Source: a bacterium
GTDB lineage: Bacteria > UBA10199 > JADGCS01
Assembly (NCBI GenBank): GCA_018812345.1
Contig: JAHJDR010000012.1
Coordinates: forward strand, 1 to 37,773
Reading direction: 5' to 3'
Length of the DNA stretch: 37,773 bases
Part shown: piece after piece, positions 24,504 through 33,321 of the stretch
How the letters are laid out: each line of letters begins with the position of its first letter
Numbering within the stretch: the first letter of the stretch is position 1
The notes under the pieces: generated by a model
What the model was told of the DNA's origin: nothing
Databases searched by the model: none
What the model saw: only the letters and a program-made list of their open reading frames with translations
Program-made: the position numbers and the translations under genes

Positions 24504-25379
24504 TTAATAGTTGTGTTTAAGAAGCTCTATTACTGTTGGGTGAGTAATTTTTCGCTCATTTGTAATGAGGTAATGTTTGTAGGTGATGCCAATATTATCG
24601 CCAATGATGTAGAGTTCTTTTGATTTTAACAAGTCACTCACTGCGGGACGGGGGATGGCGACAATGCCATGGCCACCCACAGCGATAACGCGTAACATTT
24701 CTATGTCTTGAATATCACCTTTGAGATACGGTTTTATATTATGTGTATCAAAGTAGAGATCGATTTCTGAGCGAAGACTTGTGGGGTGTGTTGGGAGAAA
24801 GAGAACTTGTTTATGTAGGCTGTGTGGAAATTTGCGACGAAGGTTTCTGTAATCAGGGCTAGCGACAAAAATGAGTGGTGCCTTTTCAATAATGTAGTGA
24901 TACAAGCCTTTAATGTCTTTTGGGGCTGGTTCATTGCTAATGAGAATATCTAAGATCCCTTTTTTAAGCTTGTTGATGAGGTTTGGCATGGTATCGACAA
25001 CGATATTAAGAATGACTTTACCATGTGACAAGGGCCTTCGCAATAATGTGTGGATATTTTTTTTGGGCAAAGAATGGACAAGGCCTATTGTGAGATCAAT
25101 AGTATCTTTAACCGCGCTCACATTCAGGGCGTCCATCATTTCAGAACCTTTTTTAAAGATTAAATCAGCATAATCAAAAATGATTTTGCCTTTATCATTT
25201 AAAATGAGTTTTCGTGAGCGTCGTTCAAAAAGAGGGGTGCCCATATGTTTTTCAAATTGGGCTAGTTGACCAGAAAGCGTTGGTTGTGAAAGGCGTAGTT
25301 TTTTGCAGGCTGCTGTGACGCCGCCTTCTTTGGCAATTGCCCAAAAATAATAAAGATGATTGTAGTTTAGTTGATCCAT
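24504..25379 (-). CDS. LysR-family transcriptional regulator (NhaR-like N-terminus)
   Basis: The wHTH region LNYNHLYYFWAIAKEGGVTAACKKLRLSQPTLSGQL, followed by a substrate-binding-type C-terminal domain. Confidence 0.85.
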   Translation of the reverse strand: MDQLNYNHLYYFWAIAKEGGVTAACKKLRLSQPTLSGQLAQFEKHMGTPLFERRSRKLILNDKGKIIFDYADLIFKKGSEMMDALNVSAVKDTIDLTIGLVHSLPKKNIHTLLRRPLSHGKVILNIVVDTMPNLINKLKKGILDILISNEPAPKDIKGLYHYIIEKAPLIFVASPDYRNLRRKFPHSLHKQVLFLPTHPTSLRSEIDLYFDTHNIKPYLKGDIQDIEMLRVIAVGGHGIVAIPRPAVSDLLKSKELYIIGDNIGITYKHYLITNERKITHPTVIELLKHNY

Positions 25380-25385
25380 GGGTTA

Positions 25386-25455
25386 TCGTCGCTCGTCTCT
25401 CGTCGCTCGTCGCTCGTATGAAACGATAGACGCTAGACGCTAGACGCTAGACGCT
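25386..25455. repeat. Heptamer-array hairpin (TCGTCGC-type arm / CTAGACG arm)
   Basis: Left arm TCGTCGCTCGTCTCTCGTCGCTCGTCGCTCG. Loop TATGAAA. Right arm CGATAGACG(CTAGACG)x3 CTG. The Nnr stop codon (25447-25449, minus strand) lies in the array. Confidence 0.85.
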
Positions 25456-26931
25456 GTTGTTTACAAGATTTCTCAAATATACAAACAAATCACTCGCCAC
25501 AAGTCCCCGTTCTCCTTTTGTTGCGGCGAGATCGGCTGCTTTAGCGTGTAAACACACGCCAAGTTTTGCAGCGTCTAAGGCTGACAGCCCTTGGGCTATA
25601 AGTGCGGCAACAATTCCTGTTAAGGCGTCACCCATGCCCCCGCTGGCCATGCCAGGGTTACCTAAATCACATAAATAAATATTACTTTTGGGATCACAAA
25701 CAAGAGAGCCTGAACCTTTCAAAATAACAGTTGCCTGGTATTTCAATGCTAGTTTTCTAATGGCTGAAAAGCGATCTTTTTGCACGGCTGCTGTTGACGA
25801 ACCAAGAAGCCGTGCGGCTTCACCAGGATGTGGTGTGAGAATCATGGTTTCTTTTTTTAAGGGTTCTTGTGCCAGGAGGTTTAGCGCATCAGCATCAATG
25901 ACCAAAGGCAGTTTTGATTTGATGCAGGCTTGAAAAAGATGTTTTGCCCATACGTCTTGTCCTAAACCAGGCCCTATGGCAATTACCGATGCTTTACCCA
26001 TTTGTTCTGCTATTTGCGTGTCCTTATCAACTCCCCAGGACATGACTTCTGGTAACCATTTATTTATAAGAGGTGCATGTTGTTTTTTGGTCGCCAAACT
26101 AACAAGTCCCGAGCCTGTTCTAAGGCAGGCTGTGGCACAGAGTAGTGCTGCGCCCAACATACCTGTGTTGCCACCAACGATTAATGTGTGTCCGTAATTA
26201 TTTTTATGCGTGTTTTTTGCTCGTGGCGGTAATTTAGCTAAGAGCTGTGTTATATTGAGGCGCTCAGTTTCATTATTAATCCATTCATAAATTGAGCTGG
26301 GAACACCGAGGTCATCAAAAAAAATACGGCCAGAACATTCTGGACCATTATTTGTAAAAAGACCTCTTTTGAGACCAATAAAACTAATGCTCGCTGTTGC
26401 CATAACAGCGCAGCCCATAATTTCTCCTGTGTCTGCTTGTATGCCAGAGGGGAGGTCTAACGATAAGACAGGTTTTTGGGCGCTATTAATAGCCAGTACA
26501 GCCTTACGAAAGGGATTGATGATATTGCGAGATAATCCGGAACCAAAAATGGCATCTATAATAAGATCAAAGGTGTGCAGTCTTTGGTTGGTGTATTGAA
26601 TAATAGTTGTTTTTGTTTTTACCAGATCTTTGTAGGCTTTTAGGGCATCACCTTTAAGTTTGTTTGGATTGATTAACAGAAAAACAACAACATTCTTTTT
26701 TGCTTTATGTGCCAGGGAGGCAAGAGCAAACCCATCCCCCGCATTATTTCCAGCACCACAGACAACAGCGATGTATTTGTCATGAGGATGAAACTCTTGA
26801 ATCAGATCAAAAGCAGCTTTTGCAGCACGGGTCATGAGTGTGTATCCTGAAATATTGTGATCTTTAATGGCAATTTTATCAAGTTCTCTCACTTGAGTAG
26901 CGGTGTATAGTTGTGTTGGTAGTTTTGTCAT
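25447..26931 (-). CDS. nnr: Bifunctional NAD(P)H-hydrate repair enzyme (epimerase + ADP-dependent dehydratase)
   Basis: YjeF N-terminal domain (VCGAGNNAGDG) fused to a carbohydrate-kinase-like C-terminal domain (GPGLG, GGMGDALTG). Confidence 0.9.
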   Translation of the reverse strand: MTKLPTQLYTATQVRELDKIAIKDHNISGYTLMTRAAKAAFDLIQEFHPHDKYIAVVCGAGNNAGDGFALASLAHKAKKNVVVFLLINPNKLKGDALKAYKDLVKTKTTIIQYTNQRLHTFDLIIDAIFGSGLSRNIINPFRKAVLAINSAQKPVLSLDLPSGIQADTGEIMGCAVMATASISFIGLKRGLFTNNGPECSGRIFFDDLGVPSSIYEWINNETERLNITQLLAKLPPRAKNTHKNNYGHTLIVGGNTGMLGAALLCATACLRTGSGLVSLATKKQHAPLINKWLPEVMSWGVDKDTQIAEQMGKASVIAIGPGLGQDVWAKHLFQACIKSKLPLVIDADALNLLAQEPLKKETMILTPHPGEAARLLGSSTAAVQKDRFSAIRKLALKYQATVILKGSGSLVCDPKSNIYLCDLGNPGMASGGMGDALTGIVAALIAQGLSALDAAKLGVCLHAKAADLAATKGERGLVASDLFVYLRNLVNNSV

Positions 26932-26952
26932 TTTTTGTTGGTCTCATGTAAA

Positions 26953-27024
26953 CGAGACAGTCGAGACAGTCGAGACAATCGAGACAGTCGTGTTGTTGAT
27001 GCAACGATTGTCTCGATTGTCTCG
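26953..27024. repeat. 9-nt-period array hairpin (CGAGACAGT / CGATTGTCT)
   Basis: CGAGACAGT x4 with one AAT variant (26953-26990). Inverted partner CGATTGTCT x2 (27005-27024), which is perfectly complementary to the CGAGACAATCG variant. Confidence 0.85.
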
Positions 27025-27045
27025 CAATACAAGCGACGTAAATCG

Positions 27046-28446
27046 CTAAGTGCTCGAGCCTACAATTACATCCCATAAAACTCTTAAACCAAAATCTATA
27101 GAAGCTACTGGTATTCGTTCATCATGACCGTGAAATAACGAACCAAAGCTTATGTCTGGAGGTAGTTTCATTGGTGTAAACCCGTAGCATTTAATGCCGA
27201 GACGTGAGTAGTGTTTTGCGTCTGTGTATCCGGGTATGAGAAAAGGAACGGGAATGGCACCAGGATCATGTTTTATTAAAGTGTTTTCGAGAAGCTTATA
27301 AAACTCATTTTTGTAATTGGTTATAATAGGCTCTTGGGCTTTGAGTATTTCTATTTGAAACCCAGGGCCTATGAGAGCTTTAACTTCTTGAATAAATTCA
27401 TCAGTGCTTTGCCCAGGCAAAACGCGACCATCCACGAGCATTTCTGCTTTTGAGGCAATAACGTTAATTTTGCTGCCAGAGTGAAATACTGTGGGTGTCG
27501 CAAGATTGTGAAACATGCTATGAAAGTTTCGCGCTCTTTCTTTGTCTGGAAATATTTTGTTAAGAACAAAGTTTGAACAAAAGCGTTTTTGGATTCCTTT
27601 GAGAATAAGATTTTTCGGAAAGGGTTGGTGTTTGGCCAAACAATCGATAAACTTACGAGCTGGTTTAGAGCTATGAAAAGGCAGGCTTGTGTTGGCGAGC
27701 TTATGGGCTGCAAGTCCTAGGTTAGCCAGGGCTTGTTCATCCTGTGGCAAGGACGTGTGTCCTGTTTTTCCTGTGGCAATAATACGAAGCCAGCAGGAGC
27801 CTTTTTCAGCAACACCAATGGGGTAAAATACTTTTTTATCAATGGGCAGGCTGAAAGCACCCACTTCATTGAGGGCATATTCTGCTCGTATCAAATCTGA
27901 GTGGTGATTAACCAGCCATTTAGAGCCATAGTCACAACCTGTTTCTTCATCAGCGACAGCGGCTAAGATAAGATCTCTTTTAAGCGGTATTTTTTCTCTA
28001 TGTGCTTTCAGAAAAACACAAAGCTCCATAGCACTCATGTGTTTCATGTCGACAGCACCGCGCCCCCAAATAAAACCATCTTTTTCTTCTCCAGAAAAGG
28101 GGTCTGTCATCCATTTCTTTGTTTCTGCAGGAACAACATCAAGATGGCTTGTTAAAAGCAGTGGTTGTTCTGAGCCATCTCCCGAAAGGCGCGCTATAAG
28201 ATTGCCACGTTCTGGTACGGGTTCTAAAATGTGGTAATCAATTTTTTCTTTTTTAAGGATTTTTGCGATATATTTACACGCTTCCAATTCGTTTCCTGGG
28301 GGGTTTGTTGTATTAATACGAATGAGGTTTTGAAGGTGTGTGATACATTCTTGAATGTCTTGATCAGTAATTTTTAGCCCGTCATTCATCATGCAAAGAG
28401 TATATGATAGGTTGGGAAGGGGTTCAATGGGAATTTCAATACTCAA
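27046..28446 (-). CDS. M20 family metallopeptidase (ArgE/DapE/ACY1/CPG2 type)
   Basis: HLDVVP, GRGAVDMK and ADEETG metal and catalytic motifs. The ORF as listed starts at a TTG. The ATG at 28392 (MMNDGL...) is an equally plausible start. Confidence 0.85.
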   Translation of the reverse strand: MSIEIPIEPLPNLSYTLCMMNDGLKITDQDIQECITHLQNLIRINTTNPPGNELEACKYIAKILKKEKIDYHILEPVPERGNLIARLSGDGSEQPLLLTSHLDVVPAETKKWMTDPFSGEEKDGFIWGRGAVDMKHMSAMELCVFLKAHREKIPLKRDLILAAVADEETGCDYGSKWLVNHHSDLIRAEYALNEVGAFSLPIDKKVFYPIGVAEKGSCWLRIIATGKTGHTSLPQDEQALANLGLAAHKLANTSLPFHSSKPARKFIDCLAKHQPFPKNLILKGIQKRFCSNFVLNKIFPDKERARNFHSMFHNLATPTVFHSGSKINVIASKAEMLVDGRVLPGQSTDEFIQEVKALIGPGFQIEILKAQEPIITNYKNEFYKLLENTLIKHDPGAIPVPFLIPGYTDAKHYSRLGIKCYGFTPMKLPPDISFGSLFHGHDERIPVASIDFGLRVLWDVIVGSST

Positions 28447-28538
28447 TATTCAATAATGAATATCCAATATCCATGTTTTAAGCCTGTTTGGTTATGGATT
28501 TAAGGGGTGTTGATTATTGGATATTGAAGATTGATAAC
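28442..28538. repeat. CAATATC/GATATTG-family hairpin element, copy 3
   Basis: The left arm contains CAATAATGAATATCCAATATCCAT (28451-28474), identical to 18371-18394. Right arm TTGATTATTGGATATTGAAGATTGATAAC. Confidence 0.85.
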
Positions 28539-28565
28539 TGTGGCTAATAAATTTAAAAGCAAAAA

Positions 28566-29348
28566 ATGAGTATGAGATGGCGAATAACCCTTTTTTTTAT
28601 TGTCCTAATAGCAAGCGTGCCTTGTTTTGCCAGTGAGACAAATAAAGGTTATGAGATCATGAAAGCACAAAAGGAACAAAACATAGGCTTTCATGATGAA
28701 AAAAGTGTGGGCAGAATTGAGCTTGTGAGTAGAAACTTGAGCAAGGTGACGCGCTCTTTTCATCTTAGTGTGCTCGAAGGTTCTGAAAAGGCTCCAGAAA
28801 AAAGTTTGTACAAAATTACAAGCCCACAGGATTTAAAGGGTGTGGGGTTGCTTTTTCATGTAAATAAGGAAAAAGGAAATGATCAATGGTTGTATTTGCC
28901 TGCTACAAACAAGACAAAGCGTATTGCGGGCTCTTTAAAAAGTGGGCGTTTTGTTGGTTCAGAATTTACTTATGAAGACTTAAGCACACAGAACTTAGAA
29001 GATTATGATTATATATGGATGCGAGAAGAGGCGTGTGGAGAAACTCTGTGTGACGTGATAACTATTGTGCCTCATAAAGGAAAGTCACAATATGCCAAAA
29101 CAGTTGTCTGGGTTAGTCAAAAGAATCAGCAAACAAAAAAAATAGATTTTTATAATGCTGCTGGAGAGATTTTTAAAACAGCCAAAATCTATGGCTATAA
29201 ATTATACTTAAATAAATACTGGCGACCATGGCGTATTATTATGAGAAATTTGAAGCTTAAGAAAGAATCACGACTTGTTATAGATCAGATCGAGCTTAAT
29301 ACAGGATTAAAGGATAGTGATTTTACGAAAGCGGTGTTGGAGAGATGA
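28566..29348 (+). CDS. Outer-membrane lipoprotein-sorting (LolA-like) family protein
   Basis: Signal peptide ...VPCFASE. Family core DQWLYLPATNKTKRIAGSLKSGRFVGSEFTYEDL. Confidence 0.8.
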   Translation: MSMRWRITLFFIVLIASVPCFASETNKGYEIMKAQKEQNIGFHDEKSVGRIELVSRNLSKVTRSFHLSVLEGSEKAPEKSLYKITSPQDLKGVGLLFHVNKEKGNDQWLYLPATNKTKRIAGSLKSGRFVGSEFTYEDLSTQNLEDYDYIWMREEACGETLCDVITIVPHKGKSQYAKTVVWVSQKNQQTKKIDFYNAAGEIFKTAKIYGYKLYLNKYWRPWRIIMRNLKLKKESRLVIDQIELNTGLKDSDFTKAVLER

Positions 29349-30652
29349 ACCAAACAATTTATTTGAAACAACTTATTATCGCCATAGTTCTAATTTTTTT
29401 ATCGTTTTCTGTTCAGGCAGGCGAGCGACACTACTCATTTGGCCTGTCTGCGGCTTTTGAAAATTACCATTTTCTTGTTAATCGAACGCAACACGCAAAC
29501 AATGATATTTATGCGATAAATCTAGAGGCTCAGTTTTTGTATGACAACCATCATAATTTCAAAATTGATCTTAAACCGTGGGTCCTCATCGATATAGATC
29601 CTGTAATTATTTCACGCTATATTCCCAATGAAGCCAATGTTTTGTATTATTCGTCCTGGTTAGAGATAAGCGCTGGTATGCAATACTACAATAAAGGCAT
29701 TTCTGAATTTTATAATCCAACAAAAGTTTTTACACGCTATGATTTTGAGGATAAGATGTATATGCCAGGAGATGTGGGAGAGCTCATTTTTCGCGCGAAG
29801 ATCCTTAAAACACATATAGGTCCGTTTGATGATTTCAGTGTCGAGTTTATCGTGCAGCCCTGGTTTCAACAATCGTATTTATCAGAAAATGATTCTCGGT
29901 TTGCCTTGGCTGGTGATTTTGGATCTGTTCCTTATGAACTTGATGATGTTCACGATAACCCGCAAACTTATTTTGATTCCATCGGGTGGGGCGTGGTCTT
30001 AAAAGGAATGCTTTCTTCTTTGGAGTGGGAAATTCTTTATTATCACGGACCAGAACGAACACCAGCCTATTATTTTACAACGAATAGTGGTGGGGCTTTA
30101 CGTTTGCGGCCTTTTTATTACGTGATTGATATGGTGGGCGCTAACCTCAGCTATTCTGTAGGGCGTTTTTTATTGAAGGCAGAGCTGGCAGGAAAGATAA
30201 CTCTTGCAAATGATGCTATAACTCATGACTTACCAAATCAAACAGATAATCTAGTTCCTGATAGTTATTTTCAGTTTGTCGTGGGTGCTGACTACACAGT
30301 TGAGAATTTATTTAAGGAGCACATTTTGCGATTGACGGTTGAGTATTACGGTGAGGATGATGATGCTCGCGAGTTGGCTGAATACCGGCCGCTAAAGAAT
30401 GATATCTTTTTGGGTGCGGACTATGATTTTAATAATCGCCTGATGACGCATTTGCGTTTGGGTGTGTTAAAAGATCTTGGCAATACGGAGCTGGCCATTA
30501 TACTAGAAACAGAAACAAAAATTTATCGCGAGCTCAAATGGGAAGTCCAAGCTGCGATCGTGAATCGCGATTCTGATCCCACAGCCCCCTTGTCGTATTT
30601 TGATAATAATTCATATTTGCTAACAAGGCTGTCTTATTCCTTTGGGAGCTGA
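29345..30652 (+). CDS. Putative outer-membrane beta-barrel protein (435 aa)
   Basis: ATGA overlap with the LolA-like gene and GGAG upstream. Signal peptide ...SFSVQAGE. Alternating aromatic/polar strands and a C-terminal ...RLSYSFGS. Confidence 0.65.
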   Translation: MNQTIYLKQLIIAIVLIFLSFSVQAGERHYSFGLSAAFENYHFLVNRTQHANNDIYAINLEAQFLYDNHHNFKIDLKPWVLIDIDPVIISRYIPNEANVLYYSSWLEISAGMQYYNKGISEFYNPTKVFTRYDFEDKMYMPGDVGELIFRAKILKTHIGPFDDFSVEFIVQPWFQQSYLSENDSRFALAGDFGSVPYELDDVHDNPQTYFDSIGWGVVLKGMLSSLEWEILYYHGPERTPAYYFTTNSGGALRLRPFYYVIDMVGANLSYSVGRFLLKAELAGKITLANDAITHDLPNQTDNLVPDSYFQFVVGADYTVENLFKEHILRLTVEYYGEDDDARELAEYRPLKNDIFLGADYDFNNRLMTHLRLGVLKDLGNTELAIILETETKIYRELKWEVQAAIVNRDSDPTAPLSYFDNNSYLLTRLSYSFGS

Positions 30653-30674
30653 TCGGAAAATAATTCCTCTAAAA

Positions 30675-30693
30675 CATTCTCATATTGAGAATG
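30675..30693. other. Perfect 8-bp palindrome after the barrel gene
   Basis: CATTCTCA TAT TGAGAATG. There is no T-run, so it is a weak terminator or a protein-binding site. Confidence 0.35.
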
Positions 30694-30769
30694 ATAAAGC
30701 TGCCCCTGTTCCTGTAAATCATAACCATATAATATTATTGAATAATAAATGCCGGGCAACGTGATTTTT

Positions 30770-30785
30770 TGGCATCATTGTTGCA
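30770..30785 (+). promoter_or_regulatory. Sigma54 (-24/-12) promoter candidate
   Basis: TGGCAT-CATTG-TTGCA compared with the consensus TGGCAC-N5-TTGCW. GG-N10-GC spacing is exact. It lies about 80 nt upstream of the 30864 ATG. Confidence 0.6.
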
Positions 30786-30823
30786 TATTTATATGAATGT
30801 ATGAGAAGGTCTTAAAAGGGCAG

Positions 30824-30855
30824 AACCATAGAGCGTGTAAAAGCGTTCTATGGTT
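30824..30855 (+). promoter_or_regulatory. 12-bp leader hairpin ending 8 nt before the start codon
   Basis: AACCATAGAGCG (30824-30835) pairs with CGTTCTATGGTT (30844-30855): 11 Watson-Crick pairs plus 1 G-U. The loop is 8 nt. Confidence 0.5.
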
Positions 30856-30863
30856 TAGTTAAT

Positions 30864-31484
30864 ATGATGAAAAAAATTGTATCCATAATCCTTTTTTCTT
30901 TTCTTTTTTTAGCGTGTAACGAAACGATTACCACAAATGCGAGTGATAATTTAATGAATGGAAATGATGGGACAGCTATAACAGGCATCACGACCACAAC
31001 GTCTAATCTATTAGAAAGCTATACACAGGCAACATTTTCTGAATACGTTTATTTTCACAAAACAGAGAATAAAATCCTTATTGATTATAATTTTTTTCCA
31101 GCCCAGGCAGATATTTGCCAACAAGTAACGTACAATGCCGAGACAAATATCAATGGTTGTCAGACAGCTAAAACAGTTGTCATGCCATGTGCCTATCAAC
31201 CTTTGACGGAAAATGATCTCCTGTCGATTAATGTTAGCGCTCCTATTGAAGAAGAAACATGTGATCAAGAAGTTATTTTAGATATGAGTAGTGCTGAATT
31301 TTCTGTAGAAGGACTTATCTTTGCGTTTGAAGGAACTCTCAATATATTCAATTCTTATTTTGAATTTTCTATAACAAATGATGGATTTGTTGATACTGAT
31401 GATAGTCAAAAACTCGATTTTGAGTCCGCAGATGTAGATTTAGAAGCTGTTTACGCTAATGTGCTTGAGAAAAGAGTCTCCTAG
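30864..31484 (+). CDS. Small lipoprotein, function unknown (206 aa)
   Basis: Signal and lipobox MMKKIVSIILFSFLFLAC. No recognisable domain. Confidence 0.7.
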   Translation: MMKKIVSIILFSFLFLACNETITTNASDNLMNGNDGTAITGITTTTSNLLESYTQATFSEYVYFHKTENKILIDYNFFPAQADICQQVTYNAETNINGCQTAKTVVMPCAYQPLTENDLLSINVSAPIEEETCDQEVILDMSSAEFSVEGLIFAFEGTLNIFNSYFEFSITNDGFVDTDDSQKLDFESADVDLEAVYANVLEKRVS

Positions 31485-31514
31485 TTTTTTTCAACTTTAG
31501 GAGAACAAGGAAAA

Positions 31515-31540
31515 GGCGGTCTTTTTAGGCCGTCTTTTTT
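31515..31540 (+). terminator. Rho-independent terminator (plus strand)
   Basis: GGCGGTC / GGCCGTC form a 7-bp stem (5 Watson-Crick pairs plus 2 G-U) with a 6-nt loop, then T6. The loop contains the stop codon of the convergent minus-strand gene. Confidence 0.6.
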
Positions 31541-31956
31541 AATCCCTTTAAAACTTTTAATCCCTCATCAAAGAAAACATGTATTTTGTCAGGGTGGTCA
31601 AATGTGACAACAATACCACGACCAAAAGTGGGATGATAAACAAGCTCTTCCATGCTGTAGGCTTCTTTCATGTTGTATTTGCTTGGTGTTTTTGCCGTGT
31701 CTGTAAGCTTAAGGCGCCAATCTTTTTCTTGAGCGCTGACTTTTGCTTTTGTAAGGGCCTTGGCCGTTCCCTTAGTGGTGTTCTTTTTTGTGGTTTTTGG
31801 TTTGTCTGGATCTTTAAAACTATGAGTTGCTTTACAGGTAAGACACATAACGCGTTTTGGTCTTGTGCCATCCATGAGTGTAATACGGTGATTCAGGTCT
31901 AGTTTGCACTTTGAACAGTAACAAATAAGTTCGCCAAGCATTGTATATTGTACCAT
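31525..31956 (-). CDS. Zinc-ribbon protein with a basic linker, function unknown
   Basis: CxxC...CxxC (CYCSKCK...CLTCK), a K/T-rich linker, and a C-terminal HPTFGRGIVV beta-rich module. The ORF is open to 32064, but those extra codons translate a heptamer array, so I prefer the ATG at 31956. Confidence 0.6.
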   Translation of the reverse strand: MVQYTMLGELICYCSKCKLDLNHRITLMDGTRPKRVMCLTCKATHSFKDPDKPKTTKKNTTKGTAKALTKAKVSAQEKDWRLKLTDTAKTPSKYNMKEAYSMEELVYHPTFGRGIVVTFDHPDKIHVFFDEGLKVLKGLKKTA

Positions 31957-31965
31957 ATTTTCATT

Positions 31966-31993
31966 CTGCGTAGAGCGTGCTGCGTACTGCGTG
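31966..31993. repeat. CTGCGTA heptamer array
   Basis: CTGCGTA GAGCGTG CTGCGTA CTGCGTG, immediately upstream (minus-strand sense) of the 31956 start. Confidence 0.7.
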
Positions 31994-32133
31994 AAAAGTT
32001 CACAAAGTAGCAGTGCCGTATCGCTTGGTCTAAGGACTGTGGCTAAATTAGCTAATATATTCATGTATTGACAAGGAAATAATCAAAATAAAAAAAACTG
32101 TACACAAAACCCGGTCCGCTGTACTTAGATTTT

Positions 32134-32469
32134 ATGACAATATTCAAAAAAATAATTAATAAAGAAATTCCGGCAAATATTCTTTATGAAGATGATTTTT
32201 GCTTGGCGTTTCATGATATTAACCCAAAAGCACCCATTCATTTTCTTGTCATACCCAAGACTACAGAAATAGATAAACTCTCTTCAGCCAAAAAGGAACA
32301 CAAAGACCTTTTAGGGCATTTGATGATAACAGCAAAGGAGTTAGCTGAAAAAGAAGGGTTAAAAGATTTTCGTGTTGTCATTAACAATGGTGAAGGTGTT
32401 GGACAGACAGTGTTTCACTTACATATTCATGTTCTTGGTGGTCGTGATTTCACTTGGCCCCCTGGATGA
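32134..32469 (+). CDS. HIT-family (HinT-like) nucleotide hydrolase
   Basis: Histidine triad HLHIHVLGG and a length of about 111 aa. Confidence 0.9.
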   Translation: MTIFKKIINKEIPANILYEDDFCLAFHDINPKAPIHFLVIPKTTEIDKLSSAKKEHKDLLGHLMITAKELAEKEGLKDFRVVINNGEGVGQTVFHLHIHVLGGRDFTWPPG

Positions 32470-32477
32470 CTTGTTTT

Positions 32478-32541
32478 CCGTGTCCCGTGTCTCGTGTCTT
32501 GTGTTCGGCATTCTGAACACTGAGCACTGGACACTGAGCAC
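32478..32541. repeat. Heptamer-array hairpin (CCGTGTC arm / GAGCACT arm)
   Basis: CCGTGTC CCGTGTC TCGTGTC TTGTGTT C, then loop GGCATTCT, then GAACACT GAGCACT GGACACT GAGCAC. GTG/CAC cores pair every 7 nt. Confidence 0.85.
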
Positions 32542-32550
32542 TTATAGTTC

Positions 32551-33294
32551 GTGTTCAGAAGAAATATCATTATTTACACGTTTTTCATTTTATTGTTATA
32601 TCCAAGTGTGGCTCAAACAGCAGACTGGACAATCCTGCCATCAGGCCTTGCCTATAAACAGATAGAAATTGTCTTAAATGAATCAGTGATTTCACTTCAT
32701 GCCCTTAAAATTGACCCTTCACAATACACAATTAAACCAATTTTTTCTGAAACAAGTGCTTCTGTACAAAAGTTAGCTCTCAAGACAGGTTCTTTAGCTG
32801 TTATCAATGCCAATTTTTTTGATACAAAAGGCAGGGTTCTTGGTTTAGTGAGAAATGATAACAAAAACATTAATAATATAAAGAAAATATCCTGGTGGTC
32901 AGTGTTTTGTCATAAAAATAAGCAGGCAAAAATTGTTCACACAACACAGTACAACGATACTTTTTGCGAGCAGGCTGTTCAGGCAGGGCCTAGGCTGGTT
33001 GTTGATGGGATTATGCCAAAGCTCAAGGATGAGCTTTCACGAAAAACAGTCGTGGGTATTGATCGTCAGGGCTTCATAATTTTTGTGGTGAGCAAACAAG
33101 AGATTCCTATTAAATTGTTAGCTGAAATCATGACGCAATCTGAAACAAATGGTGGTTTTGATTGTCCTAACGCTATCAATATGGACGGAGGAGGCTCATC
33201 GCAGCTTTATATTCAAGACGCGCCTGTTGACTACAATTTGCCCAGTTTTGTTGAGGTTCCTGTCGGGTTGGGGGTCTTTTTAAATGAAAAATGA
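32551..33294 (+). CDS. Phosphodiester glycosidase family protein (DUF2233/NAGPA-like), secreted
   Basis: GTG start and a signal peptide ...YPSVAQTA. Family blocks AVINANFFD and NMDGGGSS. Confidence 0.75.
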   Translation: MFRRNIIIYTFFILLLYPSVAQTADWTILPSGLAYKQIEIVLNESVISLHALKIDPSQYTIKPIFSETSASVQKLALKTGSLAVINANFFDTKGRVLGLVRNDNKNINNIKKISWWSVFCHKNKQAKIVHTTQYNDTFCEQAVQAGPRLVVDGIMPKLKDELSRKTVVGIDRQGFIIFVVSKQEIPIKLLAEIMTQSETNGGFDCPNAINMDGGGSSQLYIQDAPVDYNLPSFVEVPVGLGVFLNEK

Positions 33295-33320
33295 AAAGTG
33301 AATATTGAAAAGTGATAAAA
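33283..33320. repeat. AATGAAA heptamer array (second locus)
   Basis: AATGAAA AATGAAA AGTGAAT ATTGAAA AGTGATA AAAT. The TGA stop (33292-33294) and the last codons (NEK) of the upstream gene lie inside it. Confidence 0.8.
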
Positions 33321-33321
33321 T

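Noticed and set aside
32504-32512. TTCGGCATT recurs in three spacers (22999-23007, 32504-32512, 33839-33847), twice as the 12-mer TGTTCGGCATTC, and could be a shared regulatory site.
   Set aside because: Tens of repeated 12-mers are expected by chance in 38 kb. The contexts differ (a hairpin loop versus the start of an array). It is worth a genome-wide count but is not supportable from this window.
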